Source: Patescibacteria group bacterium (GTDB lineage Bacteria > Patescibacteriota > Patescibacteriia > SG8-24). From it: 58,340 nucleotides of DNA. The translations under genes were made by a program, and so were the position numbers. The DNA lies in the NCBI GenBank assembly GCA_034716415.1, contig JAYEJB010000071.1, positions 1 through 58,340 of the forward strand. Direction: 5' to 3'. Shown here piece after piece: positions 48,660-56,998 of this stretch (positions within the stretch are counted from its first letter, which is position 1; every line of letters begins with the position of its first letter). The notes under the pieces were generated by a model. It searched no databases and was not told where the DNA came from. It saw nothing but the letters and a program-made list of their open reading frames with translations.

Positions 48660-48911
48660 TTAGATCGATTTCTTATCCTCTTCGACTTCGCTTGGAACAG
48701 GCTCTCGCTCCCCTCTCTTGCTGAACACGTAGATATAAAGGATATCCAAGATCGCCAGCGTGTTGATGAGCAGCAGCGCGATGAACCACGGCTTCGAACC
48801 CTTACGGGCGGCTTTCCAGAGCGCCCACCCCTTCCATGGAAGGGTCCAGACCGAGACGACTACCATTACAGCAACGTTCTGCTGCAGAGCCTGTAGTTGC
48901 GTAAAATCCAT
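48660..48911 (-). CDS. DUF5652-family small membrane protein
   Basis: WTLPWKGWALWKAAR..KPWF..LL.NT..IL.I.YI. Confidence 0.88.
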   Translation of the reverse strand: MDFTQLQALQQNVAVMVVVSVWTLPWKGWALWKAARKGSKPWFIALLLINTLAILDILYIYVFSKRGEREPVPSEVEEDKKSI

Positions 48912-48921
48912 ATGAGTTTGA

Positions 48922-49482
48922 TCAGCGTTCGCTGAAGGCGAACTTTTCTATTTCGATATACATCGGGCCGTCTTGCGTGAGGCGCGACTCGTACAACACG
49001 AACGTGTCTACGGTGAACGATGTCTCGAACTTGACGTGCTTGGCCGCTTCGGCACAAAGCCGCGGCAACCCGTCCCTGAATCGCGCCAGCGTCACATGGG
49101 GCACGACATCATTCCGTTGTGGCGACAGGTCGAGCTCGAAAGACGCGAAATTATAGATGCCGTGCGCCAGACTCGCGAATTCCCTACTGTGATCGAAGTT
49201 GATCCAAAGCATCGTCGGGCGCCCCACGGGCGGACCCGAAACGACTCCCGTCGCCATGAGTTCGAACGGCGTGTGTTCCGAACAGCACTTCCGGAAACGG
49301 TCACGCAAAGCCTCCACCTTGCTGTCCTCGACGTCACCCATGAAAAGCACCGTCACGTGCAGGTTCTTCCTATCCACCCAACGCGCGCGCGGACATTTCT
49401 TATCCATGCTCCCGCACACTGCGACAGCCTCGGTAGCCACCGGACCAGACAACGGTATCGCGATGAAAAGACGCCTCGACAT
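48922..49482 (-). CDS. thpR: RNA 2',3'-cyclic phosphodiesterase (2H family)
   Basis: RLFIAI, LHVTV.F.G and PHVTLAR HxT motifs. Confidence 0.9.
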   Translation of the reverse strand: MSRRLFIAIPLSGPVATEAVAVCGSMDKKCPRARWVDRKNLHVTVLFMGDVEDSKVEALRDRFRKCCSEHTPFELMATGVVSGPPVGRPTMLWINFDHSREFASLAHGIYNFASFELDLSPQRNDVVPHVTLARFRDGLPRLCAEAAKHVKFETSFTVDTFVLYESRLTQDGPMYIEIEKFAFSER

Positions 49483-49492
49483 GATGTTCCGA

Positions 49493-49939
49493 TTAGCGCC
49501 TCTCGTACAATCCGACGAGCTGGGCCTTGTCCAATATATGGCCTTCCATCGCGGCCATGATCCCATCGAGCATGGTCTCGGAAGGCAGGTCGAGTTCGGC
49601 ATCCAACGCGTAAACCTTGAAAAAATACCTGTGCGTCCCGGATGGCGGACACGGCCCGCCGTAACCGGTGTTGCCGAAGCTGGTCACCCCCTCCACGGAA
49701 CCCGCGGGCAGGTCGCCCTCGAGCTCGAGAGTCGACTCCGCCGGGATGTTCCAGGCCGTCCAATGGACCCAAGTGCCGGCCGGAGCGTCCGGATCGTCGA
49801 CGATGAGCGCCAGCGACTTCGCGTCCTTGGGAACACCCGTGATCTTGAGCGGCGGCGCCGAATCCTCGCCGTCGCAGGTGAACTTCGGTGGCATGACGCT
49901 CTCGTGCTCGAATTCATGGCTTTCGATCTTCATAGGCAT
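49493..49939 (-). CDS. YbhB/YbcL (PEBP) family protein
   Basis: FTCDG, DDPDAP.GTWVHW, YGGPCPP.G.HRY.F. Confidence 0.95.
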   Translation of the reverse strand: MPMKIESHEFEHESVMPPKFTCDGEDSAPPLKITGVPKDAKSLALIVDDPDAPAGTWVHWTAWNIPAESTLELEGDLPAGSVEGVTSFGNTGYGGPCPPSGTHRYFFKVYALDAELDLPSETMLDGIMAAMEGHILDKAQLVGLYERR

Positions 49940-50026
49940 TCCTCTATTAATACTGATGTTAGCTTATCGTGATTGGGAGAAGCCTGAAAGTCGACCCCTC
50001 GACGAACCCAGAGCAAAAAAACCGAC

Positions 50027-50296
50027 TCACCTGACCGAAAAGCCTTTCTCTGCAACGGGCTCGATACTATCGCTTTCCAGCTTATCCACATCCGCCATGC
50101 GCGGACCTGTCTTGCACCAGTCCATGAACCCGGCCAACGCACCATTCTCACCCTGAACCTCGATACGCACGGTACCGTCCGGTTCATTACTGATGAATCC
50201 GCTCAAACCGAGACGTTCGGCCTGCTCCTTGGCCGACCAGCGAAAAAAGACTCCTTGTACCCGCCCACGCACCGTTATCGAGAATCTTCTAGTCAT
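50027..50296 (-). CDS. acyP: Acylphosphatase
   Basis: GRVQGVFFR, G.I.N..DGTV. Confidence 0.93.
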   Translation of the reverse strand: MTRRFSITVRGRVQGVFFRWSAKEQAERLGLSGFISNEPDGTVRIEVQGENGALAGFMDWCKTGPRMADVDKLESDSIEPVAEKGFSVR

Positions 50297-51167
50297 TGGA
50301 GAGATGTTTCCTGAAGAACCCCCCCACCACCTCGGCGAACTCGACCGAGGCCTGTCCGTGATCACCCGTCTCGAAAAACAGGTACTGCGCGTCGGGATTC
50401 TCGGCCAACGACTCCTTGATACGTTCCGCGTTTTCGAATCCGACGAGTTTATCCTCCCTCGAGTGGATCAGCAGGACCGGCTTATCGGTACCACGCACCG
50501 CGCGTACGGGAGACACCTGCTCCAGACTGACACCCAACACCAGACCGGCAATCAGTTCGGAGGCGAAGGTCAGCGGAGTCCCGAGCGGCCCGAGATACTT
50601 GAACACTTCCTGGGTCATCATCTTCAGATCCGCGTAGGACGCCTCCGCGGCCACGGCATCGATCGCGAGACCCGGATCATCCAACCCCATCAGGGCGACA
50701 GCACCGCCCATCGAGATGCCATAGACGCCGATCTTCCGCGTCCCTTTACCCTCCAGATAACGCACAGCCGCAGTCAGATCCTCGGCCTCCTTTACGCCGA
50801 CGGTCGTGTGGGACCCCTCACTCTCCCCGAAATAGCGGAAATCAAGCAATAACAAGTTAAAATCATCGACCAAAAACTTCGTCCTGGCGAGCATGTCACC
50901 CTTATCGGTCGGATAACCGTGCAGGACGATGATGGTGGAATCGGTCGTGTCGCCCTGCTTCGGTATGTACCACCCAGCGAGCTTCACCCTGTCTTCCGTG
51001 ACCAGACTGACGTTCTCGAACCGGAGATCGAAATGGTCGGGATTGACCGAACTGGCCAGCTTTCTCGGCCTGACCGCGCTGAACAAGCCGAGCGTCGTCA
51101 TGAAGACGAGCGGCACGAGAACGACAATCAGCAAGTCAGTAACGGTGCTTCTTTTGAATAGCATCAT
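50289..51167 (-). CDS. Membrane-anchored alpha/beta hydrolase
   Basis: N-terminal transmembrane helix, LHGY, DFR..GES.G, GISMGG, IHSRED, GDH. Confidence 0.9.
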   Translation of the reverse strand: MMLFKRSTVTDLLIVVLVPLVFMTTLGLFSAVRPRKLASSVNPDHFDLRFENVSLVTEDRVKLAGWYIPKQGDTTDSTIIVLHGYPTDKGDMLARTKFLVDDFNLLLLDFRYFGESEGSHTTVGVKEAEDLTAAVRYLEGKGTRKIGVYGISMGGAVALMGLDDPGLAIDAVAAEASYADLKMMTQEVFKYLGPLGTPLTFASELIAGLVLGVSLEQVSPVRAVRGTDKPVLLIHSREDKLVGFENAERIKESLAENPDAQYLFFETGDHGQASVEFAEVVGGFFRKHLSND

Positions 51168-51347
51168 AGCAAGGGAAGGATACCACGCGGACGAGTTCGT
51201 TTCAACGCCGAAATCCGTGGATTTCGCCTTAATAATTGACAGGGGCGGCGTTCTTCGGCAAGATGATAAATCGCTCCATAAAATTCGATTTTTCGCCCGT
51301 CTTCTTGTTCTATTGACGGGATAATCTCAAACGAAAAGGAACGGACT

Positions 51348-52142
51348 ATGTCATGGTCAGCAGGGCTACCGACATATCTACAGAAGTGCATCGACGATGC
51401 GGCGAAGACACCCCGCAGTGAGACGGAGATCCTGGCACTCGTGGCCGAGACCCAAAAAGGCGACATGCGCGCGCGCGAGATCCTGGTGCGACACTTCATG
51501 AACTACGCCGTTTCGATCGCCCATGACATGGAGACCGCGTTCGACTACAGGATCTCCATGGAAGAGTTCCTTCAGACAGCTCTGGAGGAACTGGCCAGGA
51601 CGGCCCGCGTAAGGTTCGATCCGACACGCGGAAAGGCGAAGTTCGCGACAGTGGCGACGTTCTGGATGAGGAAGTACTGCTTCGAAGTGGCGGCCGAGTT
51701 GGGGTACGCACTGAGGAAACCTCGCGGCAAGGACGTCGGCTCGGTGTCGATCGATGTCCCCACAACACCGGACCGGAGCCCGTTCGAGGATTCCCTCCAG
51801 GAGGCGAGCATCGATCCGGAATCGTCCACGGTCATCTCGCGCTCATGGGGCGTCCTCCTGGACATGCTTACGGCCACACTCAATGACATGAAGGAATCCT
51901 GGCGTGAAGCGATCCTGCGACGCGTCCTGAAGGACGATGACGTCCCCGAAGGAATCCGGGATCCGAACCTCATGCTGAACAGGGTTACGCTCTGGAAATA
52001 CGAACGCCACGCCCTGCATGACGCGCGGAAACGGATCGATGCCGTGGCGAAATTGGATGTCATCGGGATTCTCCGGCTGATCGACGCCAAACGCGAACTG
52101 AACGGCTTCGAGAACAGATTCGCACAGGCTCTTGCGGCCTGA
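51348..52142 (+). CDS. Degenerate sigma70-family-like protein
   Basis: QKGD..ARE.LV, FDPTRG..KFATVATFWMR (regions 1.2-2.4), SID.P; region 3 largely absent, region 4 divergent. Confidence 0.72.
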   Translation: MSWSAGLPTYLQKCIDDAAKTPRSETEILALVAETQKGDMRAREILVRHFMNYAVSIAHDMETAFDYRISMEEFLQTALEELARTARVRFDPTRGKAKFATVATFWMRKYCFEVAAELGYALRKPRGKDVGSVSIDVPTTPDRSPFEDSLQEASIDPESSTVISRSWGVLLDMLTATLNDMKESWREAILRRVLKDDDVPEGIRDPNLMLNRVTLWKYERHALHDARKRIDAVAKLDVIGILRLIDAKRELNGFENRFAQALAA

Positions 52143-52250
52143 CATAAGGACCCGACCTGGTCGGGCCTTTTTTATCCGTTGACGGGTGCTCTCGCGCATA
52201 CTAAATTATGATGTCGCTCATTTACACAACCCTTTTGCCGGAGAGCAGGA

Positions 52251-53219
52251 ATGCCTAAATACTCCAGTCTGGAAACATCGTTCTTCGACGACACGCTATA
52301 CAGAGAGGCGGCAAAAAAGAGACTGCTCGGCCGGGAAGAGGAGGCCGAGCTCATCCGCCACGCGCAGGCCGGCGACAGTAAGGCGCTTGACCGGCTGGTC
52401 CAGCGTAATATCCGGTTCATCTACAGGGTCGCTAGGAAATTCGTCGGCCGCGGCCTCGAATTCGAGGATCTGGTGCAGGAAGGTCAGTTGGGCCTCCTGA
52501 AAGCGGTCGAGAAATTCGACCTCGCCCGAGAAACCAGGCTCACGACCTACGCGTTCCAATGGATCCGGGCCTACTGCGGGCGGGCGGTGACTAGCAACCA
52601 ACTGGTGCGACAGGCGACGACGCAGGCCAAACGCGCGGCGATCGGCACCGTCGGAGAGACGTTCCGCGTCATGACGCTGGAGTTGGAACATGAGCCGACC
52701 GTCGCCGAGCTCGCCGAACGGATGGATATCGACGAGAACGATCTGGTCGGTGTCCTCGGCGCGATGACCGACAACCGAAGACTGTCGCTCGACAGGAATC
52801 AAGACGTTTACAGCGATGCGCCGAACACCACCTACAAGGACCGGATCAAAGATAGCGCGTTGACCCAGGACGTACGCACCGAAGTCACGAAAGTGACGCG
52901 CAGGGCTGGCGCAATCATCGTCCAGGCGATGGGCTCGCTCACCGCACGAGAGCGCGACATCTTCAAGCGGCGCTTCCTGAGCAACCCGAACGAGACCTTG
53001 TCCGCGATCGGAAAGAGCTACCGCCTGAGCCGGGAACGCATCCGCCAGATCGAACGGATAGTGCTCAACAAGACGCGTGGCCGATTGGTCGGACTCGGAC
53101 TCGAGCGGGAGTGCGCCAACATCCTGGAGCTGCTGGCCACGGACTCGGACCGGCCCGGCTACGGCGACTGCATCGAACGGTCGTCACTATTGCTCAAGCC
53201 GTCTACCACGCGAACCTGA
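52251..53219 (+). CDS. Alternative sigma70 factor (RpoH/RpoS-like domain layout)
   Basis: EEE.EL...QAGD, DLVQEG.LGL.KAVEKFD, EPT..ELA, LSLD, LSRERIRQIE; promoter TTGACG(52179)-N17-TAAATT. Confidence 0.92.
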   Translation: MPKYSSLETSFFDDTLYREAAKKRLLGREEEAELIRHAQAGDSKALDRLVQRNIRFIYRVARKFVGRGLEFEDLVQEGQLGLLKAVEKFDLARETRLTTYAFQWIRAYCGRAVTSNQLVRQATTQAKRAAIGTVGETFRVMTLELEHEPTVAELAERMDIDENDLVGVLGAMTDNRRLSLDRNQDVYSDAPNTTYKDRIKDSALTQDVRTEVTKVTRRAGAIIVQAMGSLTARERDIFKRRFLSNPNETLSAIGKSYRLSRERIRQIERIVLNKTRGRLVGLGLERECANILELLATDSDRPGYGDCIERSSLLLKPSTTRT

Positions 53220-53288
53220 CAGACACAAACGCGCGACACGCGTCACGCGTTTTTCTTTCTCACTTTTTCACTTTCTATCCCTCTCACT

Positions 53289-54179
53289 TCATCCGACGGC
53301 CTTCGCGAGCAGTTCGGCCGCACTGACCACTATCGTTCTCGCCGGCATGTCTCCTCTACCCGTTCCGACGACTGTATCCGAAAACATGATAGTCCGAAAA
53401 TTGATTCTCTCTAGCTTGCCTTTCGCGCCCTTCGATAATACGGGATGCGTAGCGCAGAGATGAAATTCACGAAAACCGTTCTTGCGCAAAAGCTTTACCG
53501 CTTCGATGACCGTTCCACCGGTATCGACCTGGTCGTCGACGATGACCGCGGTTCGTCCCGCGATACTGCCACGCAGACCCTGCGCGACGACTCCACCCCT
53601 GCGCATCCGTTTCTTGTCCACCCAGGCGACAGCCGACGCACCGGACAGCTCACCGAACTCACGCGCGCGCTTGACCGCGCCGTGATCAGGGGCGACCACG
53701 GTATGTTCGACACCACGCAATTCCCTTTCCATGCACCCGGCCATCGTCGGTACCATGTTCACCCTGACCAACGGATAACGACAATACTTATCGAGATACG
53801 GCCCATGCGGGTCGACCGAAACAAGACGGGTGACACCGACCTGCCTGAATATGCCCAGCAATGCGGCTGCCGCGACTGAATCCCCTTTCTTGACCGCACG
53901 GTCGTGTCGAGCGTACCCGAAATAGGGCAAGACGAGCGTGATATCTTTAGCGCCGTTACGTTTCAGCGTATCGACAAGCAACAGAGTCGCCAGTGCGGTA
54001 TCTGCCGGCGACTCGGTACGACCGATGACACAGACTTTACGACCGATACCCCTGACTTCCAGATGCATCTCGCCGTTCGGATAGATACCCCAGTCGGCTC
54101 GAGCACTCGCGGCCGGTTTAAGTTGCCGTTTCAACTTCCGCTCGAACGAATTAGGACTCGGTAAAGTGAAGATTTTCAT
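53289..54179 (-). CDS. prs: Ribose-phosphate pyrophosphokinase (divergent)
   Basis: YPNGE, LPYFGYARHDR, VDPH, VAPD.G, DKKR, IVDD.VDTGGT, ATHPV. Confidence 0.9.
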   Translation of the reverse strand: MKIFTLPSPNSFERKLKRQLKPAASARADWGIYPNGEMHLEVRGIGRKVCVIGRTESPADTALATLLLVDTLKRNGAKDITLVLPYFGYARHDRAVKKGDSVAAAALLGIFRQVGVTRLVSVDPHGPYLDKYCRYPLVRVNMVPTMAGCMERELRGVEHTVVAPDHGAVKRAREFGELSGASAVAWVDKKRMRRGGVVAQGLRGSIAGRTAVIVDDQVDTGGTVIEAVKLLRKNGFREFHLCATHPVLSKGAKGKLERINFRTIMFSDTVVGTGRGDMPARTIVVSAAELLAKAVG

Positions 54180-54181
54180 AA

Positions 54182-54262
54182 AAGGCGGGAAGAGCGGGAT
54201 AAGCGGGATAAGCGGGAAAAGAATTACTTCTCCCGCTTCTCCCGCTTCTGCCCCTTCTCCCG
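54182..54262. repeat. Inverted arms of 9-bp family-C microrepeats; one arm encodes the end of the phosphoribosyltransferase
   Basis: GCGGGATAA-like units versus CTTCTCCCG-like units. Confidence 0.85.
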
Positions 54263-54880
54263 TTCCAACAATTCAACCACCTCGTCATCGTTGACTTCAC
54301 CGAAATCGGAATAATGAGCACCGACCGCCCAGAACATCGTCGGTGTCTCCAGTACGATGAGTTCGTCGACGAGGTTTTCTATCGTCTTCACGGAATCAGA
54401 CGACGCCACCGGTACCGCAACCACGATGCGCTTCGGACCGGCCGCACGCACCGTCTTGATCGCGGCCATCATGGTAAAACCTGTTGCGATTCCATCGTCC
54501 ACGATGATGACGATCCGGTCGCGCATGACTCTCTCTGGCAGACCCTTCCTGTAAGCATTCATGCGACGGTTCGCCTCGACCTTCTCCTTCTCGACTATCT
54601 CTTCAAGACTCTTCGGATCATGCACCGATCGCTCCGCCTCGTTCCAGACGATATCACCCATCTCAGTGATCGCGCCGATGGCGTACTCTGGATTCGACGG
54701 CGCACCGATCTTCCTGGGCACGACGATGTCGAGCGGTAGACCGAGCCGGTCGGCGACGATGCGACCGAGGACCACACCGCCCCTAGGCAACGAAATAACG
54801 ACGCCATCCTCGACGCCCCGATACTCCTCCAGACTGTCTGCCAGCTTCTCACCGGCCTCTGACCTGTCGACAAATGACAT
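54224..54880 (-). CDS. Phosphoribosyltransferase family protein
   Basis: F.DR.EAG, LPRGG, PRKIGAP.NPE.A.GA, IVDDGIATG, VAVPV. Confidence 0.93.
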   Translation of the reverse strand: MSFVDRSEAGEKLADSLEEYRGVEDGVVISLPRGGVVLGRIVADRLGLPLDIVVPRKIGAPSNPEYAIGAITEMGDIVWNEAERSVHDPKSLEEIVEKEKVEANRRMNAYRKGLPERVMRDRIVIIVDDGIATGFTMMAAIKTVRAAGPKRIVVAVPVASSDSVKTIENLVDELIVLETPTMFWAVGAHYSDFGEVNDDEVVELLEREKGQKREKREK

Positions 54881-54955
54881 ATTCGTGTCTGTTCATACCG
54901 ATATTGTAGCACCGACAAGAAAAACCCCGTACCACACAGGGTACGGGGTCGACGA

Positions 54956-56128
54956 TCATGAACGTTTCGGACGGAAGATCCAGAGCAAGGCGGAGATCAG
55001 CACCATCAACGTCCCGTTCACGAACCAGGTGACAGCAATCAGAGTTAGATTCTCCTCGTGTCCGCTACTGAGCAGCCAGACACAGACAAGAATGACAGAA
55101 AAACCCAGACGACTGACGAACGACTGCAAGGAGCCGAACGTGGCCCGGTAACTGCTTTCGACCCGGCGCTGTACATATGTATCAAGCAACGGCCTAAACA
55201 GACCACGTCCGACCTCGTGCATGAAAGCCAGCATCAGCGGAGCGACGATCCCTGAGAAGAGACCGGTAAAAACCATTCCGACGGCAGTCATCATCAAGGC
55301 TATCAACACACCCGTCGACTCACTGGCATTGGTCCAGCCATCACGTCTCGCAAGATAGGCACCGAGCATGCTACCACCGATAATGATCAACCATACGTAC
55401 GACAATCCACTGTGTCCGGTACGGGCAGCGAAGAACGGAGCCCAGTAGTGATTGAACGACAACACCAGCCCCAACGAGCAGGCAACCACCATCGCCCAAA
55501 CCAGACCGTTCCCCTGTTTCAACACAGTGACGCTCTTATGCAGTGCATCGAACTCTGTCACCCGCTCAACAGGTTCACCGTCTCCGTTCATGAAACAGCA
55601 CGTGACCACGATCATCCCGATACCACCGATGACACTCGCCAGAATCGCCGCGCGCAGACTGTGTGCACCGATAAAGGCACCGATTACACCACCGCACAGG
55701 CAGGTCATGGACATGCAAATCGCGCTCGTAGCCAACACCTTGCGCAGACGATGGCTTTCTCCCTGTTTGGAGAGCGCATCTGTCACCCAGGCCAGCTCTG
55801 CTCCGGAAAGAAAGGCGAAAGCTACGCCCATCATGATTTCACACACCAGAGCCGACCATAAACCGTTCGCAAACGCCAGTGCTAAATGACTCAATGTGTA
55901 TACCACCGCACCGATTCGGACTGACCAAGCCCGACCTCTTCCGTCCGCTAACATGCCGGTCGGCAACTCCGCCAACACGATAGTCAGAAAGAAGACCGCG
56001 TTGATCAGCGCCACCTGCGGCAAGGTGACTCCGACACTGGTCAGATACGGCACGTATGCCGTCGACGTCAGACCCATGGCAAAACCGTTCGCTGACATGA
56101 AAAGAACGTAAACCGTTGAAGCCTTCAC
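54956..56128 (-). CDS. MFS transporter
   Basis: ~12 transmembrane helices, ELPTG.LAD..GR motif A, SGA..AW; GTG after AAGGGAGG. Confidence 0.93.
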   Translation of the reverse strand: MKASTVYVLFMSANGFAMGLTSTAYVPYLTSVGVTLPQVALINAVFFLTIVLAELPTGMLADGRGRAWSVRIGAVVYTLSHLALAFANGLWSALVCEIMMGVAFAFLSGAELAWVTDALSKQGESHRLRKVLATSAICMSMTCLCGGVIGAFIGAHSLRAAILASVIGGIGMIVVTCCFMNGDGEPVERVTEFDALHKSVTVLKQGNGLVWAMVVACSLGLVLSFNHYWAPFFAARTGHSGLSYVWLIIIGGSMLGAYLARRDGWTNASESTGVLIALMMTAVGMVFTGLFSGIVAPLMLAFMHEVGRGLFRPLLDTYVQRRVESSYRATFGSLQSFVSRLGFSVILVCVWLLSSGHEENLTLIAVTWFVNGTLMVLISALLWIFRPKRS

Positions 56129-56153
56129 TGCATCCTCCCTTGTTCAGGCCACC

Positions 56154-56176
56154 AAAAAACCCGGGGTGTTCCCGGG
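56154..56176 (-). terminator. Intrinsic terminator in the MFS 5' leader
   Basis: CCCGGG-AACAC-CCCGGG followed by six T on the minus strand, ~25 nt before the MFS start. Confidence 0.75.
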
Positions 56177-56206
56177 CCAATTTGATGTCAGAGCTACCTT
56201 TTGGGG

Positions 56207-56314
56207 CTATGCATGTGATTCAGACACCATGTGGACCGGGAACGCGAAATCCGTCGGCAGATAACCGACGTCCGACTTCGCGATGAAATTGGTCCACATT
56301 TGATGTCTTTCCAT
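56207..56314 (-). CDS. Putative leader peptide, 35 aa
   Basis: MERHQMWTNFIAKSDVGYLPTDFAFPVHMVSESHA; ATG 8 nt after the -10 box; spans the alternative helices. Confidence 0.55.
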   Translation of the reverse strand: MERHQMWTNFIAKSDVGYLPTDFAFPVHMVSESHA

Positions 56315-56322
56315 ACTTATTG

Positions 56323-56351
56323 ACGCTAGCAGGCCCCGAGCAGGCTGTCAA
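56323..56351 (-). promoter_or_regulatory. Sigma70-type promoter of the leader/MFS unit
   Basis: TTGACA-N17-TAGCGT with extended -10 TG. Confidence 0.7.
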
Positions 56352-56451
56352 CAGTAGCCGGCCGTTCTGTTCCAATGAAGACTCCCCAGGCTGAAGCCCG
56401 CGGTGTTCTGCGGAGGCGAATAAAAAATCCGGCTTAGACCGGATTCTGCTG

Positions 56452-56883
56452 TCACTGGACAGCCTTCCTGTCGCTCGGCAGGATCTTGATCTCGTCGAGC
56501 CAGACCTCGCGGATCGGTGATGTCTTGACGTGGAAGGTCTCACCCCCATGTTCAAACGAGAACTCCAGGCTCATTCCGAGCTGAATGACGGCGCTGAAAA
56601 GCGCATTGCCCCACGGATTAGACGACCCGATCAGGTAGCCTTCCACGCGTGCCTTTTCTTCTACGCCGTCTCCGAGCTTCTCTTCAATGACCCCGCCCAT
56701 CAGGAGTACATCACGCTTACCCTGCTCCAGTATGATGATGACGTACTCCGAGTACCTGGTCTTGACGGTAATCGGAATCAACCCCTCGATATCGCTGATC
56801 TGAATACCTTCATCGCCGGCATACTTATCGATGATAGCTTTCAATTCCACCGGCACCTTTTCTGTCTCTTCTTGATCTGTCAT
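56452..56883 (-). CDS. Hypothetical acidic protein (~143 aa)
   Basis: ATG after GAGGGGTGAGG; beta-rich pattern. Confidence 0.7.
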   Translation of the reverse strand: MTDQEETEKVPVELKAIIDKYAGDEGIQISDIEGLIPITVKTRYSEYVIIILEQGKRDVLLMGGVIEEKLGDGVEEKARVEGYLIGSSNPWGNALFSAVIQLGMSLEFSFEHGGETFHVKTSPIREVWLDEIKILPSDRKAVQ

Positions 56884-56998
56884 CCTCACCCCTCTGACTA
56901 TCGTCTGAAATGTACGATATTGGAGAATACCTTTTACCGCTTATCGTGTCAATCCTAGTACCAAAAAGGCGGGTCAGACCCGCCTTTTTGAATCTTAT

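Noticed and set aside
56223-56307. Long hairpin as 6S RNA, tRNA or integron attC site
   Set aside because: Too short for 6S, no cloverleaf or T-loop, no RYYYAAC/GTTRRRY ends; alternative pairing with the terminator fits attenuation better.
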